Source: Anthoceros angustus (taxonomy: Eukaryota > Plantae > Anthocerotophyta). Taken from it: 64,000 nucleotides of DNA. Shown here one piece after another: positions 36,033 to 48,523 of this stretch; the first letter of the stretch is position 1; each line of letters begins with the position of its first letter. The DNA is taken from positions 124,001 through 188,000 of the forward strand of contig MU008190.1 in assembly GCA_010909165.1 (NCBI GenBank), read 5' to 3'. The position numbers and the translations under genes were made by a program. The notes beneath the pieces were generated by a model. It did not search any database and was not told where the DNA came from. It saw only the letters and a program-made list of their open reading frames with translations.

Positions 36033-37762
36033 CTCGCCTCCCCTCGCCTCGCATCGCTTCCGCTTGCTCGCTTGCTCGCTTGCTTGCTGGGTTCCGCGGT
36101 GAGTGAGTCGCTCCTCCTCGCTGCCGTGTGTCTCCTCCTCTTACCGGCTCTTCCTTCCTGGATAGCCCAATTGCTGTCGGCGTGTCTGCCCAACTGCATG
36201 TAACTTTGGATCTTTGCTGTGCTCTTACCTGGGTAGCTAATTGCACAAACCTCTCCAAGCTTCCCTCTCCCGGCTCTGCTCGCCTGTCCTGTCCGCATCC
36301 CGTTCTACCTCGTGCTTTTCTCAGCTGGTTGCACCTGACACGTGCACTTGTTCTGTGGCCTCCCGGCCGAGCTGACGAGCAGCAGACTTGGGTTTGAATC
36401 CTTCTCCGTGCGAGAGCTAGGGTGCCCACTTGCAGCCTCAGGACGTCTTGGATTCTCTCTGCTCGCGGATGTTACGTGCGGTGGAGCTCCATGTTAACCT
36501 CGTCTTCTAGAAGCTAGCTGGCCAGGAGAGGCTTGTGGAGCTCGGAAGTTTAATGTGAACACAGCTCTGAAGGAGGACAGTCTTTCCGTGCTCAGACTTC
36601 GTGTTCCTGGTGAGTTGCAGCCGCGGATGACACAGGCTTGCAATGCTGTGCGACCTCAACGTGGTGCGTGCTTTTTGGTAGAAGACGAGAAGCCAACGGA
36701 GCTAAAGCTGGAGCTGCTGTTTGCATGTCAATCACGCTCTAGGTAGATACAGTAGCGTCGAGCAGTATTAGTGGGGAGGTTGAATTTGGGTGATAAGGAA
36801 GGGGTGTGGGCGAGCTCGTCAGGCGGCGGTGATTCATTTTGCGACGGGCTCGCAAGAGTGCGTGCCGGATAATTCTGCGTGAGCCTACTCTCGGAGCATT
36901 TGGATGCCAGTGCTAAGGGAACAGAGGCGGCGGGAATTGTCATCGCATCTCTGGGGGCCGAGGCCGTTCGGCAGCAAGGCGAACGGGAGGTGGCTCCAGT
37001 CAGGCGCGCTGGAGCGAGAACGGCGAAGCTGGACCAGCGACCGGTCGAGCTCGCCGGTCGCGGAGCGCGACGAGCGGCCGCCGGTCGCAGAGCTGCAGCT
37101 CGGGCTGGAGGCGCGGTCGTCCGCCAAGTCCAGCCCGCTGCGCTTCGGCGACTCCCGGGCCGAGCGTACGGGCCCGGTGCCGGGGCGTCCAGCTTCGGGA
37201 GGTCTCGGTGGCGCACGAGGCTTCCAGCCTGGGAGGTGTCGGTCGCCAGCCGCGGGTGTTCGATCAGACCGCCGGTCGCGCCCGCGCCTCTAGCTCCTTC
37301 AGCTACGAGGCGGCCAGGTTCGGCTTCGGGGATGCCCTCTCCAACCCTGGCTCCTCCGAGCCGCGGAGCAGCCGCGGCTTCGGCTTCGGCGAGGCCCGCG
37401 AGCTCAACTTTGTCTCCAAGGCCGCGCAGCAGCAGCAGCAGCCGGGGCCCTTCTCCGAGCCCGGCGCCTTCGGCTCCGAGGCTGCCCCGGACGCCGCGGA
37501 GCGGAGTCGGCGCTGGAGTTGGGCGTCCTTCGAGGCGACTGGCGGGCGGCTACCGGCAGCTCCACTGCCGCCGCCACCGTCGTCCCCGGTCGGCGACCGG
37601 CGGTCGCCGGTGCCGGCGCCGGCCCCAGCGCGGGCGCGGGTAGTTCGCCGTCGAGCGTCGCGGCAGCTCGGGCGAGCAGCAGCAGCGGCGGGCCGGGTGG
37701 CGGTGGTGGCGGTGCCGGAGCTTCGGGCCCCAGCCCGAGGAGGCGATGCGCAGTCGCCTCCC

Positions 37763-38629
37763 ATGAGCTCTGGAGCTCCCTGCGGAGCCTGCAAATTTCT
37801 GCGCAGGAAATGCGTGCGAGGATGCATCTTCGCACCCTATTTCGGTGCCGAGCAGGGCGCCGCGCGCTTCGCTGCTGTGCACAAGATATTCGGGGCCAGC
37901 AATGTTTCCAAGCTGCTGTTGCACATCCCGCTGCCCAAGCGATGCGATGCGGTTCTCACTATCTCCTACGAGGCCCAGGCCCGGATTTCTGATCCTGTGT
38001 ATGGGTGCGTCGCAACCATCTTTGCGCTCCAGCAGCAGGTACCTTGGCCGGCACCCACCGTTTGCCTGGCTCGGTACATTCTTCTGTGAGCTCAGCATTT
38101 GTGTTTGAGATGGACTCGTGAGTTTGGTTTGTGGTTGCTGCAGGTTGCGAGTTTGCAAGCGGAGCTGGCGATGGTGCAGGCGCAGCTGGCGTCGAGGCTG
38201 GCGGCGGCGGCCCTCCAGCAACAGCATGTGCAGCAGCAGCAGCAGCAGCATCACCACCAGCATCAACATCAACATCATTCGGCTACCTCGGCGTACGACA
38301 GCTCGGGGATCTCGATGACCATTCCCAGTCCGAACCAGAATATTATGACGGGGGCTGGGGCCGGCTCGGCAGGCCCATATGGAGGGAGCAGTAGCCGAGT
38401 GAAGGAGGAGGCTAGCTTCCACACCTTCCATTACGATGTGGGTATGGGGCCCGGGGGGTCTTCCATGTCGATCGACTCCGGGGCCAACCAGCATCTGCTG
38501 CATCTGGACGGCTACAACCCAGGTTCGCAGAAGATGACTACCCGGCATCTGCTTGCGGACCACGGCCGAGGCGAGCCCGACATGGGAGAGTTGCAGGCCC
38601 TAGCACATGCCCTGCTCCGCCGCAAGTAG
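37763..38629 (+). CDS. LBD: Class I LOB-domain transcription factor (LBD16/LBD29-type); exons 37763-38038 and 38144-38629; the N-terminus may extend upstream
   Basis: [15 protein letters not shown] (CX2CX6CX3C); [28 protein letters not shown] (GAS block); DPVYGC; zipper LQQQ|[15 protein letters not shown]. The GT-AG intron 38039-38143 is in frame and is followed by a Q/H-rich C-terminus. Confidence 0.95.
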
Positions 38630-39821
38630 CTCCCCGATCACTCAAGGTAATGCAAGGCTTATCAAGCTTGCAGCGTCGCCGCATCCCCTATTGAAAAGTT
38701 CTCACTCTCGTCTGTCTGTCAACCGCAGCAAGCTGGTCTCTCTTGCCCTCGTCACCTAGCTACCTAGCTACTTAGCTGGTTGCATCCATCCTTGGAAGCT
38801 CGTTGCGACCTCCGACAATTCATGTCGCACTTCTAACTACATGTCTTGGATATGGACCAGATTCGGCACTCTTGAGAATCATCTAACCAAATTCGTTTCA
38901 TGAGAGAACCACACCAGGGCTTGGACCACCGGTAGAGGGGGTCCCTTGCTCTGTAGGCTAGGCTACATAGGAGCTTTTTATGCATTCCTAGGCTGTGCTG
39001 CTCAATGATTAGACTACGTCGATTTCATCGTAGGCTGAGTGGTAAGTATGTCATACACACTTGGATCCAAGACCTGCAGGGTGTACTACATACTTATCAC
39101 CTTATAGAACCAAGTCTCAGGAAGTCCAACTGGCGGGCGAGGTTGTACTTGAGGCGCAAGCTAGCTGGGAGCTGTCGATTGCTTTGCTGCACCAATAGCC
39201 CCTTAGATCTGACTCTTGAGTCCGTGGAGTGTGCAACCAGCTTCTGTTCGATCCCTTTGTCATTGAGTGAGACGTCATCATGAATGTGGACTTGCGCGAG
39301 CATTAAATGAGTGGACCATGTCAGTCGCCACCCTCCGCCGGACTGGCCATGTATGTACATACATGAGCAAGCTTGCAGGATGCGTCCCGAAATCCTCTGG
39401 CAGCAGCAGCGATCTTCGGTTGGCAGCGGCCGGCTCCGTAGGAACGTTGCTGTGATCTTTGTACTTCCGGGATATACGAACAAGGCATAGTGGTAGAGGT
39501 AGGTGGGTAGAAGATAAAACCTTTTGAAGACCAACAGTTCTTCGCAACAGAAGAAGTGAGTCGTCTTTCAGCCGGCTAATGCATCTCTTTATCTTTGTTA
39601 TCATATTTACACAACACATGCGCATCAGTTTTCCTTTGTCATAGAAACCCATTGACTAATCTACGTCTGCACCTTCATTCAGCTCCATTCCAACCCAAAA
39701 GACCTGGGTTAGCGGATTATAAGCAACCTTAACAGCTGGGAACATGAAGAAATGCTTTGCACAAGTGAAATCCTCTATGATACAGTTCGATCAAGACCTC
39801 GTAACCACAAAAATATAGGCA

Positions 39822-42037
39822 CTAACCCCTAACTGTCACCACTTGACTGTTTCTACCTCGAACCTCCTGCCCTACAGCAGTTGGGGTTGACCGCCGACTG
39901 TTTGCTAGAAATACTGAGTTGCGTAGGGAAGGAACTTTCGGCTGCCACAGCTTCCACAACCTGTCATGACTCGCTGTAACCAAAAAATCGGCTGTGGGAG
40001 ACCATGCCGCGTCGAACACATGGTCCGTGTGGGAGCTGCACATAGAAATGCTCAATTAGTGTAAACAGCAAAAAATGAGTCAAAATTTTAGAACCCTCAC
40101 CGACACATGCCGGTGTGTCCTTGGAGCGCACACGCAGTCAAATCTGACTTGACTGTAGAGTTTCTGACCTCAAGATGTGCTGACACTCGAAGGTTGATGT
40201 ATCAAACAACCTTACAGTTGTATCTTCGGAGGTCGTCGAAAGCAACCTACCAAATGGCGAGAAAACAACCCGTTTCACTTCACCTGTATGGTCTTGCAAT
40301 ATTGCCAAGGGGTTCCCCATTCGTAAATCCCAGATCCTGCAAGTTTTGTCATCACTTCCTGTTGCCAGGAGAAAGCCCGACTCATCAATGTCGACTCCAA
40401 TCACATCTTCCGAATGACCCAGTAAAGTCTGGACATCCTCTCCTGATCTAGGATCCCAGAGCTTGGCAGTACAGTCAAAAGATGCTGTCGCAATCAAATG
40501 ACCGTGAGGCTGGAAGCAAACTCCATACACTCCATGACAATGACCCTGGATACACAGAAAAGGCATGTCCCGCCGGCGTGAGCAAGCGGTGATCCCAACA
40601 TACATCTGGTTATCAAACACACTTTCCATCTCTACGCTGCAACCCAAGTCTTTTACCTTTAAAGTCGTGATTGAGATTCCCTTTTCGGCATCCCAGATCA
40701 TGCTCGTGTTATCATCGGAGGCCGTGGCAAGCAGATGAGTGCCCTGCTTGAAAGACAGTCCGTTCACCTGCAAGACACCTGGAAGAGTAAGCCGGGTTGG
40801 CTCGTCAAGAAGACATCAGACAAGACTCATTGCTGAGCGTTACCTCATCAGTGTGCCCTTCAAGCACTCGTATGCAATCTGAAGTGTCAGTGTTCCACAG
40901 ACGACAGGTTTGATCGGAGCTGACGGTTCCAACTAGATCCCGTTTGGCAGGAGAGAATTCCACAGCATAAAGCCCTAGCATGTGGCCTGCTAACACTGCT
41001 ACTTGTTCTTCTAGATGCACGTCATAAACTCTGCATAAATGGTCCCAAGAAGCTGTTGCCACTAAATTCCCTGAAGGGTTCACAGCAATCCCATGTACTG
41101 GACCACTGTGCATGGCGAAGGTATGTGCGAGTTCCCACTTGGAAGCACCAAGACGCTCTTCCACTTTAGCAGGTGGTCTTATAGGCGTCCTGCAAGGACT
41201 GTTGTACCCTGCCTCCACATTGCCGATGTTTAGGTCGGAGAAACAAGGAAGGAATCCGGCGGAGTTACAGTCCATTTCTCTCTCAAAAGCTGGGGTTGCA
41301 ACATCCGGACATCCAGCTTCCCGTTCTTGCTCCCACCCTATACGCAAAATGCAGGCACAGGTCATTGAAAGCGCGTGGAAAATTCATTTCTAAACAGGGA
41401 CAGAAAATCGAGCCATACCTCGTGCAGGTGGACGGAACTTCATCCTCAAAGTTTGCTTGAGCACTGCATTTTCGTCGGTAAGAGCTTGCACCTGAGACAG
41501 AAGCTCATGCTGAGATTTCTCAAGCCTAGCAACCTCCACCTTCAGCTTAGCCCTTTCCACCATAACCTGTTGCCATCTTTCCGCAACCTTACCAAGAACG
41601 TACTTAACGTGAACATCTTCGTCGTCGTACCGCCTCTCCCCTCTGTCATTGTTCACAGGTGAAAGCCCGTCGGAACACCTTGCTGCGATCTGCTCCCCAT
41701 TCTCCGCACTCACCACCTCTGCGGCAGAATGATGCTTAACGGCACCAGCAGAATAAGGCTCTCTAATCTGCGCATCCACATTCTGGCCTCCAACTACGCT
41801 CTCCCCACCCTCATCCCGGAATCCGAAGGAAGAAGACTGGACACCGGCATCGTGGTCATAAAGAGGAATCAGCGCAGAGTTCCCCGGCACCGAATTACGA
41901 CAAACAGGACAGGGAGCATCAGTCCGGAACCAGATTGTGGCACAGGCTTGGCAAAACACATGCCCGCAGGGCGTAATACGCGCCTGCGCTGCCTGTCCTA
42001 CAGCGCTCTCAAAACAGATTTTGCAGGTCAGAACCAT
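39822..42037 (-). CDS. RING(C3HC4)-coiled-coil-7xWD40 protein, putative E3 ligase; exons 42037-41419, 41337-40844, 40767-40657, 40545-40169, 40035-39822
   Basis: CKIC...PCGHVFCQAC...CPVC; coiled coil ERAKLKVEVARLEKSQHELLSQVQAL; seven GH...WD-type repeats. Four GT-AG introns (81, 76, 111, 133 bp) join the frames with matching phases. Confidence 0.9.
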
Positions 42038-42744
42038 GTTCGCTTTGCGGTGCCAACATAGACACAACGCAGGCCAGCCCTGAGGGTACCAAGATGCCCA
42101 GACCGGAGCTCCTCCCCTCAGCTTGCCAAGACCTCATCGCGGATCCATGCCCCTCTCTACCTGGACCCAGCGGAAGCGATGGCGCCACTCCAAATCCAAA
42201 TCCAATTGCAAGCGTCTCGAATCCAGCAAGCTCATCCCATCCAGTTCCCCTACCCTCAGCTGACCGCCGTCCGGGCAGAGCGTGCTCAGAAATGAAGTAA
42301 GGAGGCACATGATCAGGAGAGAAGCAGCCTCCTGCCACATGCAACCAGCATATTGGCGCCTTGAGACGCGTTTCACAGCACTGCAAATCGATGGCCTCCT
42401 ACGATCGCCGAGGCCAGGCCGTTGGCAAGAAAGAGGAGCGCGTTGGATTAGGTGCGAAGCGCGCGGCCATCGCCATTGCCATTCCCGTCCCCCAGAAGAT
42501 AGCTGAGCCTGGGGTTGCGTTGCGGCCGAGCCTGATCTCGGTCCCGTTGCCTCTTCGACACTTAAGCTTCAGTTGGCGCGGTGTCGGTGTTTGAATGCAT
42601 ATCGTCCGGGAGCTTTGATGACATGGCGACGACCCAAAACGGCTCTAAAACTTCGTCTTGTGGTTCAAAAATATATACTACATTTCGGCATGTGGCAATA
42701 ATAATTTAGACTACAACAATCACATGACGAGAGGTGGTGCAAGG

Positions 42745-45700
42745 CTACCGGAAGAGCATTTTGAGTTCCTCGATTCTCGCAAACTTCACATCGTGCTGAT
42801 CCGTTAGAGCTCCGGTGATCATGCGCTGCTTTCGAGCCTGTACTTGGAGCATCTTTTCCTCCACAGTGCCCTGCAAGATTTGGGAGAGGTGATGAGATCG
42901 TGACTAGGTGAGAGATCTTACTCGGGGGGCCTTTCAAGGGTTTGAGGGGTACCTTGGCAATGAAGCGCTTCACCACTACAGGTTTTTTCTGTCCTATCCT
43001 ATGTATCCGCATGATTGCTTGGTCTTCGACAGCTGGATTCCACCAAGGATCCTAAATACACGGCCCCACATGAGTAAAGCAATTCAAGGCAGCAATGTTG
43101 CAAATGCTCAGTGGTTTGAACTTCCGGTAGTTACCAGCAGGAAAGCATTGGACGCTGCAGTAAGATTAAGGCCCACGCCTCCAGCCTTCAACGACAGTAG
43201 CATAATCTGAACCCAGGCACAGACAAACATTAGCATTCTGAAGCCACTAGTTATCAGCGGAAGAACAGAGAAATGCACCTAAGGGGGGATACCGTAATCT
43301 GCGGATTATTGTCGAACTGTTCAAGCACAGTTGTTCGCTTGGGCTGAGAGAGAGATCCATCCAGCCGAACAAACTCCATGTTCCTTCTGCATTGTTACAA
43401 GACAAAACTTCTCAGCTGTTACCTGGCTCCTACCAGAGAGAACTTCGCATACATTCGGTAGCATCATGTTTTCTATTGCGGGAGAGACGGGTCACCTTTT
43501 CAGGGGGATTTCCAGAAGGTCAAGGAACGCTGTCCATTGACTGAAGACCACACTCTTCGATCCTTCAAGACGTGCTGTTTCCAGGTGCTGAATCAGAACA
43601 GAAATTTTTGAGGAGTCTACCCAATTTTTCTCGACATCCAGTTGAAATCTGCTGTCACTCGGAGCAGTGATTAAGTCTTGTTTGTTGACTATTGCCCTGC
43701 AAGAAGCAAGTCCAGAACCACGCCAACCATCAGTAAACTGCAAAGCCTCTGCCCAGATAACGCCAGCAGTGAAAGTGACATCCATTGGTAACAAATATCT
43801 CACCTGCAAATCGGACATTTCCCAGACCCAGTGCTGCGCCACGATGCAAACAAGCACTCACGACACATGCGATGGGCGCAAGGAGTGAGCACCGAGTCTT
43901 CCATGGCCTCTAGACAAATTGGGCACTCACTATTTTCGCCCTTCCGAAGATCTGCAACCACCTCCTCCACAAATGCCTTGGTAGGCTTGGTAGGCCTTAA
44001 AGCTCCTGTACTGAATACCGAGTCACCATCTCCATCCAAGAAACGTTTGGCCAATTTGTCCAGATCCGCGAACTCTTCAGTATCACTGCGACTGCAAGCC
44101 AAGTTCACAACATAAAACTCCACAATAGAAACCATGGTGTCCAACATCAAGCTTTGACACAGCAAAGTATCAGTAAAACACACAGGATGGTACCTCATGA
44201 CAAGAAAAGGATGGTCACAACATTGTCGCATTCGGAGCAAAAGCTCCAGAATTGAAGCGTAGTTGTGAAGCACCTTTCCTTGCTCCACGAATTGGTCAAA
44301 TTTTACCTGCATGAACAACCTGCCAATTTTAGCCCCTGGCGACAGCAGCACATAGGTAAGACCACCGGATTCATGCTAACCTTCGACTTATTATGTACAG
44401 CTTCATAAAAATCCCTCTCTGCTTCTGACAGGTCACAGTAGACGAACTGCATGTCAGCAGGAGGCAACTCGAGGATTGGCCTGGGACACAAGCTTGCCGT
44501 TAGATGAAGGGCAGGAAAACTTCAAACTGTGCCCATCCTGAAGAACACTAACCTTCCGTCTTTGCCTTTGGTGTCTTTAGTTCTCCGAAGCATAAGAGGC
44601 CTTAAGACGTACTGCAGGAGAGCTAAAGCTCGCTCATCACCTTCCTCAAATGGCTTTTGAATGAGTCTGTTCCACCTGTTTCACGAGGGACATTGAATCA
44701 GCATAAATCTACCAATAACATCTAGATGCGCAGCTTTGACAGAAAACAAAATAGGAGACACCTTCTACTTTACCATGCCCAATTGGTCCAAGGCTCAACA
44801 CGGAGAAAATGCAAAAGACTGAAAATATCCTCCAATTTGTTCTGCTCAAAAGAGGCAAAGAAGACTGATTAATCAGTAACAGATCACCATCACAAACTCA
44901 AACGCAAAAGTTTGCACAAGCTAGAAAACCGAACCTGAATAGGTGTCCCAGTAAGACACCAGGAGCGATCTGCAGTTAGAGAAAATATAGCTTGTGCACA
45001 TGAAGAGTTACTGTTCTTTATGGAATGCGCTTCATCCAGAACCACACGGAACCAGTGTACAGATTGGACAGGGCTTCCATCAGGAGATCTCTGTCAAAAA
45101 CTCAAAGGTATCAAAATCACAGGGAGGTCTCGAAACCTGATGGACATTGGCACTGAACTTCATATCCAAGGTTGCAAGAAAATACCGAGTGCTCTGACTG
45201 TAGTGTGCTGTATGTGGTTAACACAATGTCGTACTCCAGAAGGTCCTTTAGCACTCTTCTCCGTTCACCTCCGTAATGTGTATACACTTTCAAATGACCA
45301 GGAGTGACATGTGTTTCAAACTCATTCTGCTCAAAATCAAACCCACAAAACTAATCAATAAGAGTGCTAAGATGCGAACAGATAGCAAATATACCCGGTT
45401 TCGCGTTGCGGACTTGCCTTCCACTGAGCAAGCAGGGACATGGGACATACAATCAAAGTACCCCCACCCTTTTCAGCTCGGTGTCCTGAAGTCGTTGCTC
45501 TGCTTGGTTGAACGTCTGCTCCAGGATCATCAACCTCCTTGGAGTAACCTTCATCATTCAGGCCACCTCGTCCAGGATTGGTGACTATCAGAGAGATGGT
45601 CATCACAGTCTTCCCCAGACCCATAGCGTCTGCAAGAATCTGTTGGACAAGAACCAATGATGTAAGATGGCTGTACTACAACAGGTTCCTGTTGTCCTGC

Positions 45701-47872
45701 AAAGGCTACAGATGAACTGAGCAAATAAAATAACATTTACCCCTCCTTTGGCTGTTTGTTTTGCACTGGGGAAGTCCAGAGTTGCCTCTCCTGTGAAGAC
45801 ATTGAGATAGAATACAGACACTTCCCTGCAGACAACCATCAAACCTTGAGTGTCCTTTCTCATTGTCTGGCAAAGCCTAAAGTATCTTCAAAACGTTAGT
45901 TTCAGGCAGTAAGGAGGAGGAGTCTACTTGTCAGCCAAAGAATAGGATTCCCAACAAGGATGTAATGTCTCTGCAGCCTGCTCAGAAGCGGCTCCAGTCT
46001 CTCTTCTGGTCATCCAACAGAGTGCTTGTTTCTGGTAGGGCCATAGAGAGCACAGCATGGCACTGGAAGGCTCCATCTCCTGCTAACAAGTCAGATGAGA
46101 TACATATGCAGCTTGCTAATGGCCAACAATCTAAAGTGTTGAAGTGCTACATTGCCTGGCAGCAATACATATAACAAACTACATTGCAGTGGAAACAGCA
46201 CCTGCATTTCAGAGTTATCAGTTGAACCAACAAGATCGCTGATTTCATTGTCTGAAATCTCTTCAACTCCACCTTCACTTGCAGGAACACCTGTTGCTAG
46301 CTTGCGCCGTTTTTCTGCAGTTAATGAGCTACTTTCCTGTTCATGAACGCAACAGTGTCATTGTGGGAGCACCGAACGACCATACGCAGATGAAGAAGTG
46401 TGTTGAGACAGGCCAAAAAAAGTACCTGAAGAATTTGCTTATCAGACTCTAGGGAGCGCTTTCGGGATAGCACATCCTGTGGTGTGAATTCTGCCTACCA
46501 GACAGGAACAAGTACTTTCAGACCTTCATATGCCTCTCAGGTACAAAAAAAAGTCAACTCGGGCAAACTAAAACACCCACCTTCTGGGACGGTTTACGCC
46601 CAAGAAATGACAGAAGGGATGGCAGTGGGAGATTCGTTGTTGCTTCAGTGTTGACAGAAATGACATTCCTCCACAAACTATCAAACTTTGAAAAAAAGTT
46701 GCGATTTACGTACACTCTGCAGGAAAAGCACAACAAATGTGAAGAGAGGATGGTTCGGAATGTACTTCCACTCTTGTTAAGGATACAGCCAGAAAATTTA
46801 CCGGATATCAATATAGATAGTGGACATCATTTCCAATAAAGCAGGAGCACTCCTGCACCTTCCCACGAGCTTAACTCTATTCTGATGTACCAAGGGAATG
46901 ACACAGGCTGCCCAATCCCTAGGAAGACGACCAACCTGCAACAGAGAACCACGTGAGCAAGGTCTACGTAACACGCATTCCCAGAAGTTCATATCTGGCC
47001 GAAACTGTTAGACTGACCTCTCCATGAATGGGGGATCCAAAACGTACGATTCCAGCTCCTGCAGATCCCTTTGGTTTACCCCATGGACGTTTTCCGTCAC
47101 TGGAGGCTGTCCAGTTCGGTTTCTTTGGGTACGTAAAGATGATAGGATCTCCTCTCTCCACTCTCATTCCTCTACAAGTAGACATCCCAGCTACCTCTGT
47201 TTGGCCCAGCAACAACCACTCACTTGGGACTTTTTCCAATGGTTGGGACCCCAGGGGTCTTGATTCCAGATCAATCCGCAGTATGCCTTTAGTCAAATTG
47301 GGAATCCCCTTCCGTGAGATTTGAGTGGGAACATTGGTAACACCTGTAACCACCTGCTTCTCCATAAGCTGAACATCCTCAGATTGTTCTGACGAAGGTA
47401 CTTCGTCTTCTGACAATCGGGGAGACACACAAACATCAGGCTCACTGACTGGAGCCACAACCTCAGCAGCCACCACCTCAGGCCTGCTGACTGGAGCCAC
47501 CACCTGAACTGGCCGCGAAGGAACTTGCCCTCTAGCTTGCCCATCCCTGACTACAGGAGGGACCCCAACCTGGGATCCACTGATGGCACTCACTTCAGGC
47601 TTTACAAGCACGTCCCGTTTTAGGCTAGCCGTGTGCGGTATCGGGGCAGGTACCGGTGCCGGTGCTGGTGCTGATGCGAGTGGCGGTCTCTTGACCACAG
47701 GGATTGGTCTGGCAATAGCTTCTCCTTGCGGAGTATCGAAGTATATGTTAATAGCCGACAAGACATTCTCCCTAGCTAAGTAGAGGGAATGAATCATATG
47801 CTTCTCCGAGGCGTCAGGCCCTATCACTGCACGCATCTCCCTCAGAGCATTCTCACGCTCTAATTTAGCCAT
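42745..47872 (-). CDS. RAD5: RAD5-type SNF2 helicase / RING E3 ligase (HIRAN-SNF2_N-RING-helicase C), multi-exon
   Basis: [16 protein letters not shown]|VGRLPRDWA; [20 protein letters not shown]; [16 protein letters not shown]; [26 protein letters not shown]; [17 protein letters not shown]; [10 protein letters not shown]; C-terminus [10 protein letters not shown]. Confidence 0.95.
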
Positions 47873-48180
47873 GTCGCCACTCACGCTACCCACCAAGCAA
47901 CATTACAGTCAGTAGAATTCCAACATCCACCTGGCTTCTTCAAATTCTGCATACGAGCTGGAGCACAACCCATAGCGAGGCGGACGTAGAACTCACCGCA
48001 GATGCAGCTACCCAGAAATCCGTGCCTTCTTGGCAATGCTACCAATCCTCAAGCTCTCATCGCGCGGCTGGAACAAACCAAGAGACAAGCACAAGGGACT
48101 CCACTTTATTGCGCACATTCTGCAGACCGAGACTGGCTATTGTCCAGCTTCAGTCCGATGTCCTGGATTTGCACAGATCT

Positions 48181-48188
48181 AAACCCTA
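48181..48188 (+). promoter_or_regulatory. Telo-box AAACCCTA (second copy at 48471-48478) in the RAD5/rpl5 divergent intergenic region
   Basis: Exact AAACCCTA at 48181 and 48471, upstream of a ribosomal protein gene. Telo-boxes are established elements of plant translation-gene promoters. Confidence 0.55.
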
Positions 48189-48523
48189 GACGCCTTGAAT
48201 ACGCGAAGGCGCCAGATCATATTTGCCAGGAATGAGCGGGAAGTCACTTGAACCTCTCCTGCGAGGTTTCCCACATTATTGCCGCCTTCCTGACTTACGG
48301 ATACTGACTCATGGTTAGTTGCTTACATTTCGGGCACGCAGCAACAGGACGAACGGGAGCGCTTTGAGATGTTTTTCTCTCGAATCAAGCAGCCTTGGAG
48401 CACCTTGCGATTGGAGCTTCGAAGCGAATTCTTCCGTGTGCGTTTTCAGGAACCAACCATCTGACTCTCCAAACCCTAACCTGGCTGAGACGGAGCAGCT
48501 GGGACGCTTCCCAGCTGCCCGGA

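Noticed and set aside
36129-36180. AuxRE-like hexamers TGTCTC (36129) and TGTCGG (36175) upstream of LBD
   Set aside because: Hexamers occur often by chance and these are far from the ATG; not supportable without data.
28417-36429. Many 100-318 aa ORFs in the gene desert, for example 35473-36429
   Set aside because: Low-complexity translations of microsatellites and of the 174-bp duplication; no domains or consistent splice structure.
48179-48187. CTAAACCCT as a telomerase RNA template
   Set aside because: No upstream USE/TATA snRNA-type promoter; better explained as a telo-box.
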